IMG/VR virus record: IMGVR_UViG_3300045988_163070 | Source of the DNA: a virus | Length of the DNA stretch: 64,000 bases | Direction: 5' to 3' (one strand) | Shown here: positions 35,097 through 45,800 of the stretch, in pieces | Layout: the number at the start of each line of letters is the position of its first letter | How positions within the stretch are numbered: the stretch's first letter is position 1 | The notes under the pieces: generated by a model | What the model was told of the DNA's origin: nothing | Database searches by the model: none | Seen by the model: the letters and a program-made list of their open reading frames with translations, nothing else | Position numbers and translations under genes: made by a program

Positions 35097-35128
35097 TTAG
35101 AAAAGCCCCGTTCTAAAAATACGGGGCT
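35097..35128 (-). terminator. rho-independent terminator
   Basis: AGCCCCG/CGGGGCT stem (35104-35110 / 35122-35128), followed on the minus strand by TTTTCTAAATTTT. Confidence 0.6.
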
Positions 35129-35137
35129 ACATTCTAA

Positions 35138-35329
35138 CTAATAGTTTTCAGCTAATTTTTGAATAGCTTTTAGTCTTTCTTTTATAGCTGAAATTCTTTG
35201 TTTATCACCCGAAGAAGATAAAGATTTCAACTCATCTTTAAGTAACTCGGCTTGCTGCCTTTCAAGTTCCCTGGCATCTTCTTGGCTTATCGCTCCAAAG
35301 CCAGTAATCCTGTAATTGTCATGTTCCAT
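35138..35329 (-). CDS. small coiled-coil protein
   Basis: 63-aa helical ORF followed by a terminator. Confidence 0.45.
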   Translation of the reverse strand: MEHDNYRITGFGAISQEDARELERQQAELLKDELKSLSSSGDKQRISAIKERLKAIQKLAENY

Positions 35330-35497
35330 ACGAATAATTTTTTAAATTAAACATTTGTATTCCGAGCAAAAAATATGCCGGAACACATTTTCTTTGTATT
35401 CCGGCACGAAGGCACTTGTTTATACGGTGACAAATATATATATTATTTCCCAAATATTGTATTCTTTGCTATATAATTTTATCCGAAAAATGTATTT

Positions 35498-36043
35498 TCA
35501 ATGAAATGGATATTTCTTTCTCAATTTATCCCACAGCCAACTTACAATTAACAAACCTATAATACAGCAATACACATTATCTTTATGCAAATCCCACCAC
35601 GAAAGTTCTACTATATTTTCCTTCTGATTTAATATAGCATCAACCTTATTACTCAATGTATCTAACATGTTAGAGAGATGTTTTAGGGTAACAGATACTG
35701 TTTCATCAACTTCTGTTCTTTCCTGTTCTTGTTTGGATGCAGTAGTAGTACTTTCCTTCACTACGTGTTGTTTTCCGACAGAATCAGGAGCAGACAAATA
35801 AACAGTTTTATTTTCCAACTTTAGATTACTTAGCCGGTCATTTGTTATCTTCGTTTGCTTACTAACATCCGCTCGCAGTGATTGAATAACACTTTGAATG
35901 CGATTAAAATCATCAGAGTAGTCAATCTGCTTTTGAGTCTCAATGTTCCGAGACGCCTGGCAAGAAGAACATACAAGACAACAGACTATTACAGCCAGCA
36001 GACTAATTATAGCCGTTAGGCACATCTTAGCTAAATCTTTCAT
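35498..36043 (-). CDS. lysis-cassette membrane protein, possible unimolecular spanin
   Basis: 181 aa. N-terminal signal with Cys-rich lipobox-like LVCSSC. C-terminal TM CCIIGLLIVSWLW. Its start overlaps the endolysin stop. Confidence 0.4.
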   Translation of the reverse strand: MKDLAKMCLTAIISLLAVIVCCLVCSSCQASRNIETQKQIDYSDDFNRIQSVIQSLRADVSKQTKITNDRLSNLKLENKTVYLSAPDSVGKQHVVKESTTTASKQEQERTEVDETVSVTLKHLSNMLDTLSNKVDAILNQKENIVELSWWDLHKDNVYCCIIGLLIVSWLWDKLRKKYPFH

Positions 36044-36534
36044 GGCTTTACAACTACATTACGTAAAAAGTTACTAAATTCACTCCTCACATCAAAACAA
36101 GGACACGCTTTGATATATTCAAGCGGTTCTACCTCTCCACTACCATCGAGATCAGGTGATGTATCCCGGTGCCCTAACAATTCAATGATAGGATACTCCT
36201 TACAGAGTTTTGCTACAAGATCACACAATGCGTTTTTTTGTGCATCCGTACGGGTGTCCTTTGCCTTTCCGTTCGCATCAAGTCCACCGATGTAGCAGAT
36301 ACCGACACTGTGTTTATTATAACTAATACCGGAAAACCCTTTCGTGTTACAATGTGCTCCGTCAATGGATAATGACCGACCGTTTTCTACGGTACCATCT
36401 AAATCTATCACGAAGTTATAACCAATCTGGCTGAACCCTCTTTGTTTGTGCATCAGGTCAATATCCTTTGCACGTATGTCCTGTCCGGCTTTCGTTGCCG
36501 AACAATGGATGATAATTGAATCAATTGTTTTCAT
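36040..36534 (-). CDS. N-acetylmuramoyl-L-alanine amidase endolysin (Amidase_2/PGRP)
   Basis: 164 aa. IIIHCSAT...IGYNFVIDLDGTVENGR...GAHC...HSVGICYIGG...LLGHRD. Confidence 0.85.
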   Translation of the reverse strand: MKTIDSIIIHCSATKAGQDIRAKDIDLMHKQRGFSQIGYNFVIDLDGTVENGRSLSIDGAHCNTKGFSGISYNKHSVGICYIGGLDANGKAKDTRTDAQKNALCDLVAKLCKEYPIIELLGHRDTSPDLDGSGEVEPLEYIKACPCFDVRSEFSNFLRNVVVKP

Positions 36535-37046
36535 ATCTTTTCCTCCTTGTCTAATTCTCCTTCAATTCTGTCGATAATACTCTGCACATGTGCAGGTGTA
36601 GCTCGCTTAAATTCAAAACGTATCACATGATAGATGATACGGAATCCTTTGTTTTTAGGATATGCAATAATCAGATTTTTGAACGCATTCTGAAGATACA
36701 CATAAGAGAACACATACGTTATAGTCTTGATTACCAATAATGAGTTCTCACCGTCTCCTATTAAGGTCATAAAGGAGAAAATCACCTCAATGATTATAAG
36801 ATAGAGAACAAGTTCGACCAAGGCATTTTTAAACTTACCCCATTTGAAGTTTTTACAACGTATAATCGAAACACCATCAGCTCTCATTCCACACCAAATA
36901 TTGAATCCAAACATTATAATCAAAGCTATAAGGAAACCTTTAGTCGGTGTTAAATAAGCAAGAAGAGAGCTGAACATCGAAACGAAAATAATTCGTATCT
37001 GGTCTACATTAAATAGCTCATATAACCATTTCATAATATTAATCAT
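36531..37046 (-). CDS. holin
   Basis: 171 aa with 3-4 TM helices. Located directly upstream of and overlapping the endolysin. Confidence 0.65.
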   Translation of the reverse strand: MINIMKWLYELFNVDQIRIIFVSMFSSLLAYLTPTKGFLIALIIMFGFNIWCGMRADGVSIIRCKNFKWGKFKNALVELVLYLIIIEVIFSFMTLIGDGENSLLVIKTITYVFSYVYLQNAFKNLIIAYPKNKGFRIIYHVIRFEFKRATPAHVQSIIDRIEGELDKEEKI

Positions 37047-37339
37047 AAAGTTAAAGCTATCAATATTGAAAACACAGTAATCAGTCCTGGCAATAAGACA
37101 GTAGCTAATGCGTCAAGCCAGTCAAAGGCAAATCCACACTTCTTCTGAATGTACTCAACAATGATCGCAGCAATGGCAGTTGTCGTTAAAGAGACAATAG
37201 CAGATTTGCAGAAATCAATGTTTAATAGAAGAAAACAGAAGGCAAGCATCACAACAAAAACGAATACTCCAGCTTTTACATGTGCTGGCCGGTTAGACTG
37301 TAAAATCCAATCATACAATACTTTTATACTCATACTCAA
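37043..37339 (-). CDS. small membrane protein (second holin/antiholin candidate)
   Basis: 98 aa with 3 TM helices. Overlaps the holin start. Confidence 0.5.
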   Translation of the reverse strand: MSMSIKVLYDWILQSNRPAHVKAGVFVFVVMLAFCFLLLNIDFCKSAIVSLTTTAIAAIIVEYIQKKCGFAFDWLDALATVLLPGLITVFSILIALTL

Positions 37340-37541
37340 AGCGTTTAATTATTAATAAAATATTCTGTATGAGACAAATGTATTGAGTATAGTAACCGGT
37401 TTGCCAAAAGTGAAAAATCTTGGAAAGTCATTTCCTTTTAATAAGCTATTTATTAACGACTTACAAAACGGACTAATTTTATAGGAAATAAAAAAGGTAG
37501 TCGAAAACCGGCTACCTTACATCTATCTATTAAGAAGAGAC

Positions 37542-38024
37542 TTATTGATATAAACTTAGATCAACAGCATCTTTCTTTTTCCAACCAGCAGCTAATGTGC
37601 GCTGAACAAAAACCATTTCCTTAGTATAAAAGTCCGTCAGATTTTCCAAGGTATTAAATTCATAGTAGACAGGTTCATCATCTGTTCCAAATTTAAATCT
37701 TACTGGTAAAGAGGTACCGTCTGTCTGCACTGCAAGATCATAGGCTGATTTATAATTGAACTGGTTTTCCTGTGATAACCATACAGGTATGCCATTATAG
37801 GTAAATCCGGACATGATCTCGTTATTTATCTCCTGATTATACCAGTTAATAACCATAACCTTTACCTCCTCACTGGTAGGCTTATAAGAGAACTCCTCTT
37901 CCATATAGGAAGCATTTCCCTCTTGCTCACTTGGCTGTACATCCCAACGTACACGCCACTTATTTTTCACCGGATTTACACACTCAAAGAGCGATACACC
38001 GGAACTTCCTTCTACTCGTTTCAT
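37542..38024 (-). CDS. hypothetical protein (DUF4376-like), translationally coupled to the RT
   Basis: 160 aa. Its ATG overlaps the RT stop (TAATG). GIPVWLSQENQFNYKSAYDLA resembles fibre-associated DUF4376, from memory only. Confidence 0.5.
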   Translation of the reverse strand: MKRVEGSSGVSLFECVNPVKNKWRVRWDVQPSEQEGNASYMEEEFSYKPTSEEVKVMVINWYNQEINNEIMSGFTYNGIPVWLSQENQFNYKSAYDLAVQTDGTSLPVRFKFGTDDEPVYYEFNTLENLTDFYTKEMVFVQRTLAAGWKKKDAVDLSLYQ

Positions 38025-39340
38025 TAGCTAAATACATATTTTGTTCGACCTTTACCGAACGTCTCCGTCTTAATCGTTGTTTCAAACGGAAAACCATCCG
38101 GCATACTTGAAATTTGTTGGAGGATATTTTTCATTTCCTCCGAATTGGTGAAGAACTTCTTCATTTCACCATTTTGCTCAATTGAGACAATACAACGGTC
38201 TTCTCCCTGCTCTGTTTTAATACCCATTTCATAATCTTTCACTATGATAGGGAGATTTACCAATTCTCTTATGGAAACAACTGTGCCTGGAAAACGCTTC
38301 TTCCCGTCTTCCGGCTTGTAAGTGACGTTTAAATCTTTGAAACTTTTCATTTTTATGCCTGTTAATTTATAAAATAGATTCTTGCAATCGGCATGCTTTA
38401 CCAAGCCATAAAAAGAGGCAATGAGTTCTTTACGACGTCTACGGCTTTTCACTTTATGAAGCCTACGAGCAAAGTTCTGTTTGTTCCTTTTGCGTACACG
38501 GGTATGATCCGGATAAATAACGAAGCCTAAGAAATCAATACCTTGCTTGGTTGGAAATACACGTTCAATCTTTTTAATCACAAGATTTATCTTAGCCACC
38601 TGCAGACACACAATATTACGCATCTTCCAAAGAACTTTTTTGCTCCCATTCAAAACACGCCCGTCGTCACAATACCGGAAATAGTGCTTCACGCCTTCCC
38701 GGTCCTTCAGGACATGGTCGATAAAAATGGATAACAGAAGATTACCAAGCCCCTGCGAACTTCTTAATCCTATGCTTATTCCCTTTTGCATCACGTCCAC
38801 GAATCCGGAAAGTAGCTGAATGAGCTTATTATCCTTAAACACCTTATTAACACAGTATTTCATAAAATCATGATCAACATTCTCATAAAATTTACGAATA
38901 TCAAAAGTGTAACAGAACTCTGTTCCTTGTGCATCATTCCCTATCGAATCACGTACATAACATAATAGATCGTGTGTACCACGTCCTTTTATAGATGCAG
39001 ATGTAGTCCGGATAAAACGACCTCGCAAATGTTCATCTACAACTTTCATAATTGCATGCACAGCAACCCGTTCTTTCAAAGAAAAAATTTGGATGCGACG
39101 TAGTTTACCACCTTCAAAGACCTCCTTTTCAAAAAAATTACTAACTTTAAAACTGCCATTACGAATCCTTTCTGTCAATTCGTCAATGACTTCTTTTTTA
39201 TGCGCAATAAGAGTTCTCCCTGAACGGCTGCGTTTACGTTTCCGACCTCGCAACACTGTCCAGAAAGACTCTTCCATATTTTCAGGAGTTATTATCTCCT
39301 CAATGATATTGCCTTCTCTACGCATAATTTTTGCCTTCAA
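38024..39340 (-). CDS. DGR-type reverse transcriptase
   Basis: 438 aa. RT motifs FDIRKFYENVDH, SIGLRSSQGLGN (the IGxxxSQ hallmark of DGR RTs), RYCDDGRV (YxDD), GIDFLGF. TR lies 206 nt upstream. Confidence 0.88.
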   Translation of the reverse strand: MKAKIMRREGNIIEEIITPENMEESFWTVLRGRKRKRSRSGRTLIAHKKEVIDELTERIRNGSFKVSNFFEKEVFEGGKLRRIQIFSLKERVAVHAIMKVVDEHLRGRFIRTTSASIKGRGTHDLLCYVRDSIGNDAQGTEFCYTFDIRKFYENVDHDFMKYCVNKVFKDNKLIQLLSGFVDVMQKGISIGLRSSQGLGNLLLSIFIDHVLKDREGVKHYFRYCDDGRVLNGSKKVLWKMRNIVCLQVAKINLVIKKIERVFPTKQGIDFLGFVIYPDHTRVRKRNKQNFARRLHKVKSRRRRKELIASFYGLVKHADCKNLFYKLTGIKMKSFKDLNVTYKPEDGKKRFPGTVVSIRELVNLPIIVKDYEMGIKTEQGEDRCIVSIEQNGEMKKFFTNSEEMKNILQQISSMPDGFPFETTIKTETFGKGRTKYVFS

Positions 39341-39545
39341 CTTTCTGGGCCCAACTTCTTCGAGAATCCCAATAAAGGGAAACCTACCAAACTCTACCCA
39401 ACGATGTATGTTTCAGTTTTCCAGTCTTGCGACTGCTGTTACTGAGGCTCATCCCCCTCGGCTCAATGATGAGTAACTCGTACTCCTTATCGTACGCCGA
39501 TTAATTTCTTCAGGCACTAACGTCCAAATTCGTTTAAATTGTTTC

Positions 39546-39656
39546 CGAGCCGGGAACCGTTGTTCGCAGACGCATTCGATGAATCGTTACCGCAATTCGC
39601 ATACGAGACACCGCCGTTCGGGTTCGCGTTGTTGTTCGACCGAAAGACCACACGAG
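39546..39656 (-). repeat. DGR template repeat (TR)
   Basis: 111 bp matching 39898-40008 at 105/111 positions. Read in gene sense it is AAC-codon-rich. Confidence 0.88.
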
Positions 39657-39829
39657 TCTATGGGGGAATCCACCTACGGGGGTACAAAATTAACAATTTA
39701 TTCATCTTGACAAAAGATTAAGTAAGTTATATTTTCGCCGGGCTTCGCCCGGATTTGTGCCGTTCGGGAAGAGCAGCACAAATCCGAACATGGCTAAACG
39801 TTTTCCGATTTAGTCGCTTCGCTCCCGCT

Positions 39830-42800
39830 TTACGATTCCGATTTCAACGATTTGTACGCTTCAACGCTCTCCGCGACCTCGATTTGACCGCGGAAGGCGA
39901 GCCGGGAACCGTAGTTCGCAGACGCATTCGATGAATCGTAACCGCAATTCGGATACGAGACACCGCCGGGCGGGTTCGCGTTGCTGTTCGACCGAAAGAC
40001 CACACGAGAAGCTGCTGCGCTCGGTTGGAATTCATCACAATAATAGGTTGTACTACTACCAGCCTGTGAAAAAGCAGCAATCACATCACAATATTTTTGA
40101 TGAACCATACCAGTTGCAAAACCACCGGTTGTACCGGAACGAACTTTACGTACCGTACCGTCAGGCATCTCAATATTTAACTTATACTGCTCTTGTGCAT
40201 TAGTATTAGGTAAACCAACTTTATCCATCCATTCATATTTGTCACCATACCAACTTTCATAACCCATACAGTTACTTGAAGGAATACGAGTATGAACTAT
40301 TCTACCATCGGCATCCTTTGAGATATACCAAGAATATTCAGTTTTATGCACACCATCTGAATCATAGCTTACAGTATCCTGCATACCGATTACGGCAGTA
40401 GTTCCGACTATCCGGTTATTTGTATTTTGACCATAACCGCATTGATCTTGTGCATCACGACGACCATATGCTGCATAGAACAAGTTAGCTACATCTTTGT
40501 GCATCTCCCAGTCCACAAGTTGCAAATTACGTTGTTGTGCATAATAGTGAAAATCGGATTGAGACATACTACCAACACTTGCAGAAGTATTAAAAGCAGA
40601 ATAAAGAGAATTACCAATAGAGATTGCTTCACCGACACCTGTCAGACAAGGCAGGTGTTCAACCCAATCCGGCTCCATATCCTCAATCTTGTCACTGTTG
40701 GATAATACAACAAGGTCAAATTCTGCGTTATTGAAGATCGTGAAATAAAGGAAAGCAGCTCTTTCCGGAACGTCTGCAATAAGATACATTCCTTCAGCAA
40801 ACTTATTGTTAAGACTCGGAACGGTCAAATCCTTTATAACATTACCGGATGCGTCTACGAAGATACTGCCAATCAAGCCGGTTCCTAACGTGGTCGGGAA
40901 ACGGACACGCTTATGCTTGGAAACATCGACACCGCAAACACTATAATTCGTGTCTGAAGAATAGCTGTCCGTCAAGGTAGCACGACCAATCAGAATCTTA
41001 GATTTCTCCTTATAAAGCCCGGATTCCCGGATATTGGAAAGATAAACTTTATCACATACCGGTATATCCGGAATTTCGGTATTGGAACTGTAACAGGTGT
41101 ACTTCTTGTTGTTAAGGTAGTCATTAATTCCTTTATACCAATAGTGAGGTTCATACATCCAAAGATCACCCTCCGTACTATCCAATTTGGCAGGAGTAGC
41201 ACCGGATATTTTCTCTGAATCGGCATAATAATTAGAGTTCTCATCGTGTAGATTGCAAATCACCATTTTACCTTTCTCAGTCTGCTTACCTAAAACACGA
41301 TGACGTTTAGCCAGGATCTTAGTAATATGTCCGTTGGCTACATAGCTGTTACCGTATTTATAGCCGGTCAGATTGTCGAGGTTGCTGATATTAGCATCAT
41401 CGGCAACAGTGTCATCAAACTCAATCATCGTATATTTAGGCTGAATGATGGTCAGCTCCGGGAAATGAGCAACGGCTGCTTCATATTCTTCATCAGTCAT
41501 GGAACGGGTAAGACGATAGGTTCCCACCAGGCGACAGGAAGATACATTACCGCCATTCTCATCAACACCTCCCATTTCCATAAGGTTTCTAATCAGCGTA
41601 CCGTCTCCTTCCATATCAATACCAGTAATACGAAGGTATCTGACAGCCGGACACGCTGTGAGCAGTCTTTGCCAGTCGATCAGTGCGCAACTATCGACAA
41701 CAAGGCGATTAGTATTAACCGTACCCTCTAATGTCAGATTGTCGTTAGATAATTTGTTCAAGTATCGTAATTCAAGCGTCTGAAGAGTAGCAGGAAGAAC
41801 AGCAACGGACAAGGGAGAACCAGGTGCAAAAGATACTCCCGTTAATGCAGATTTACCAGCACGGAAAGTCTCAAGTTTGGAATTTGAAGATAAATCCATA
41901 GAAGTAAAGTTTTCACTTTGCAACCCGGTAAGGTTCAACTCACGCAGATTCTTACACTTGTCAACTAAAAGTGCGTTCATGGTCTTTTGCGTAGCCGAAC
42001 AACTGATATTCAAAACTCGCAATGCTACGCAATTGCTTAGATTTAGAGTACCGACAATAGCATGGCTAACATTAGTCAGATCAAGACCTAACATACGGGA
42101 TGCACCGTAGAAGTATTGAGGATCATTGACTATCAAATCCGTGTCGAGCGTCAGTTCGACAATACTGCCGGCATCTTCAGCGAGCACACCACTTTGTTTC
42201 GGTTCGCCGGACGTGTACCCATAGCCGAAGTAATAACGTTCGCTGGCGGTTATCTTAACCTTACGCTTATCAGTAGAGAACTTATAACCAAAATAGATAG
42301 GGAATGAATCCTGTCGGTATGTACCTGCAAGATATTGGCTATCCAAAAGAGCAAAACGGTTTTGGATCGTGAATGTACGGTGAGCGTAACGACTACCTTG
42401 AAGGGCGTACAGGTAGTCATAGTATTTTGTACCCTCCGAAGTCGTAACACCCTCTGTTAAAGGCTTGATATACTTGTATTCTCCGTCCTTATTATAAATC
42501 CTCTCGCACCAATTACCCATCAGTTGGTTATTGAAGATATCAAGTACATACTCGGTGCTCATATTACTACGGATATTCCCGGCAACTTCCTGCAATTTCT
42601 CCGGCCAAGAGCGGACAAGTTTCCAAAGTATGGAGTCGTGACCGGCCATTGCATAGGAGCCAATAGAATCATCAAAGGTTTCCCATGTCATAGTATAGTC
42701 ATACTTCAGTACGGAGTCATTACGTCCGCCTAAAATCGTATCCATGTCATAAGGAAGAATATACCAGTGAACACCGTCCCAAGTGCAGAACATCATGTTC

Positions 42801-45800
42801 TTTGCCCGGCTGTCAACAGCCATCAAATAGTCAGTGATTATGTACCAACCGAACAAGCTGTTTACATTAAAGTAATCGGCACATTCTGCACGGAACCGGG
42901 CGGGGTCATTTTTTACCGAATTAATCCATGTCCAAAGGCGGGTTACAGCGTCTTTATCCTCTTGGTCGGCATCTTCCCATGTCTTATCCGGCTTAAAACG
43001 GAATTCCAAACCGTCAGCGAAGTTTTCAGCAGTTATGTTGGAAGTACCGAAGAGGCACAACGGATGAGAATTGTTCAAGAACTCAAGGCAGATACATTTG
43101 TTACGGTCGCCATTCAAAGCGGCTAAATCATTGAATCCGGCAATACCTTCAAAACCGTAGACATTGTGAGAATCGCTCTTTTCGTTATTGAAATTGTACT
43201 TACCCAAATAGGTATTTACACCGGTATTATCATTATCGTAGAACAAGTCCATCGGAAAACCATCAACACCGATACGAACACTGCCGTCTATTTCCTGTGG
43301 GGGTGTCAGCCAGCCACATTTCTTCCATGTGTCATTGACCAGTCTCACACCACCAGTATTGTGCGTTGATGATGAGTCGGAGAAATCAGCCTTCAAACAG
43401 AAAATACCCACACGTTTGGCGCCGGGTTTGAATGAATACATCAAGTCCGGAACATCGACACCATTCACTTCCAAAGTCGTTCCATATTTATCGAAACGTT
43501 CAAAGTAGATACGGTAGTTCTTTCGCGGATAGGTAGTAGACGATGTACCCTGTATCCGAAGTCCTGCATTACGAAGTACAAAATCATACTCCTTGCCATA
43601 TGCAGAATAGAAATACACGTCAACAGGCACTTCAAACTTTTTGTTGTTCGTTGCATTAACAAGTTCGACATCACCAACAAAGCGCATGACAGATTTACCT
43701 TGTACACGAAGCTTTTCTATATCCACATCCGAGCCGTCGTCATTCATAACATCGTTTTTCTGGAATAGAACAACCATTTCCTCTGATGTCGGACGGTCTA
43801 CCATGTAGTTGGTCAGCTCTTCATCATCAGTCAGACCACGCCGGTAGATACGCAAATTGCGCAACTCGATATCGGCTGCATCGGAAGATACAGTAATATT
43901 TACCGGAGCTTCCTGCTTCATACTTTCAGTCTGTGAGTACTGTTTCGCACCACAACGGATACCATTTACGTACAATTCTATCAAACGAGTACCGGACTTC
44001 TTGCCGATAACGAAAGCTATTTTCAGATTCAGATCGGAAGCAAAAAGTGTATTGACAGAACTTCCTCCGGAAGCGGTTATTTTCGCTTCCTGTGTTGTCA
44101 TCTGGAATCCTATTCCACCGGACATACACGAAAGAATGACACCGTTACGATCAGTTACATTCGAACACTTCAATTCAAATTCATACGTAGCACCGTTCGA
44201 TACGGCATCATTGGCAAGGGGTTGTTTAAGAATCTCTATTGTAGCTCCATTAGTTAACTGCAAAGAGTCACCAGTCCAACCATTACTATTCCAATCAAAC
44301 CCGGTAAACTTGGTTGTTACCTCGCCATCAGTCCAAACTGCCGGATTTTCTTCGGTGTTACTACGACCGGCAGCCGAAAGTTTTAAATCAAGGTCTGCTT
44401 GTACTTCCTCGATATCAATAGAGGATTTTGCAACGTGGACTAAGAAATCATATTCAGTGTTGCCGCAAGAGAACCGCATTGCATACTCTCCCTGCTCGGT
44501 GAACCGGTTTGTATATACCTGAACGGTACGCGGCACACTTACTGTCTGTGTTTTGGTGCCATTGTTGTACACGGACATTTCAGCAGGGGTTTTGCTCGGA
44601 TCGTAAACAACAAAATCGAATTGCAGTTTCTCATATTGACCGACTTCAAGGCGTGGTGTCAAATGATCATCCGTAAAGATGCGGCCGTCCGGGAAGCGAT
44701 GCATCATGCCGATACTGGGAGCAGAAGAACCCTCTTTGAATATATCCAAGTAGATACTTTCAGAGCGAACGGTAAGATCGGCAGAAGCTTCCATTTCAGC
44801 AACCATCTGCACGGTATGCCGACCAGGTAAAAGGTCAGACATGGAAATACTGAAGCTGCTGTTCGTTTGCCCGGATTTAGTAATAGTCTTGGAGTCTTTC
44901 TGAACACCATCAACATACAACATGACAACTTTGTTGCCTGTTCCCGAAATGGTGAACGGAATGGATGCAGTTGCACCGGCTGCATAGCCGCCAACAGGAG
45001 AAGCAATGTTATAAGTAGAACTCAAAGATAACGTAATAACTTTGACGGACGTGTATGCCTGTTTAGTCTGCTTCTTGCCTTCCGGATCGGTAGTTGTTGC
45101 CTTTACATAGATATCCGTTGTTCCCAAAAGCAAATACTTACTCAAATCAAGGGTATATGTACCCTTAGATACATCGTTAATAGTCTCTGTGTACACAGTT
45201 TGAGCACCTCGAAGCATCTGTATGGTAAGCGTAGCTTTCTGCCCAGTAGATTCGCCCTTGTCATCTCCGGAACTATATTGGTGATCGTAGAAATAGGTAA
45301 GATGAGAAGAACCACCCTCTTTGATAATGCTGTTATCTACCGAAGCATTGAGGACAATCTTTGTTGCAGTACCGGTTTCTCCGCCGCCACCGCCTGTACC
45401 GCCTTGAAATTCCGTACTGGCTATTTCTGCACCGGACTTGTTTTTCAAACTTAGCTTAACAGTATTATTATCCTCGTCAACCTCGGATTCGAGTGTGAAA
45501 ACAGTATTGGCTTCAATCTCATTAAATTTAGCAGTTACAGGAGCGTTCTGAATGGCATTTGTTGAGTTGGCATCCAAACTTTCATCTGTTTGAGGAATTT
45601 CGACATTGAAAGATACACCACCACTTTCATCCGGAGTATGCTTTTCACCGTTGAAAGTAATTTCTTTCACAGCTCCTGCACCACCGTATTCATTCCAAGC
45701 AGCCGGCTGATCGAAAGCTGTTATGTCGTTTGATTCAAAACGATAATCTTTCCATTTCCCAGCAGACTCCTCGAAAGTAATAATCATGCCGGGCTTCTCT

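Noticed and set aside
39093-39721. Plus-strand ORFs of 127 aa and 60 aa across the RT 5' end and the TR.
   Set aside because: They are antisense to the RT and lie within the non-coding DGR RNA region. The 60-aa ORF is simply the reverse translation of the TR. Neither is an Avd candidate (wrong strand, no helical-bundle character).
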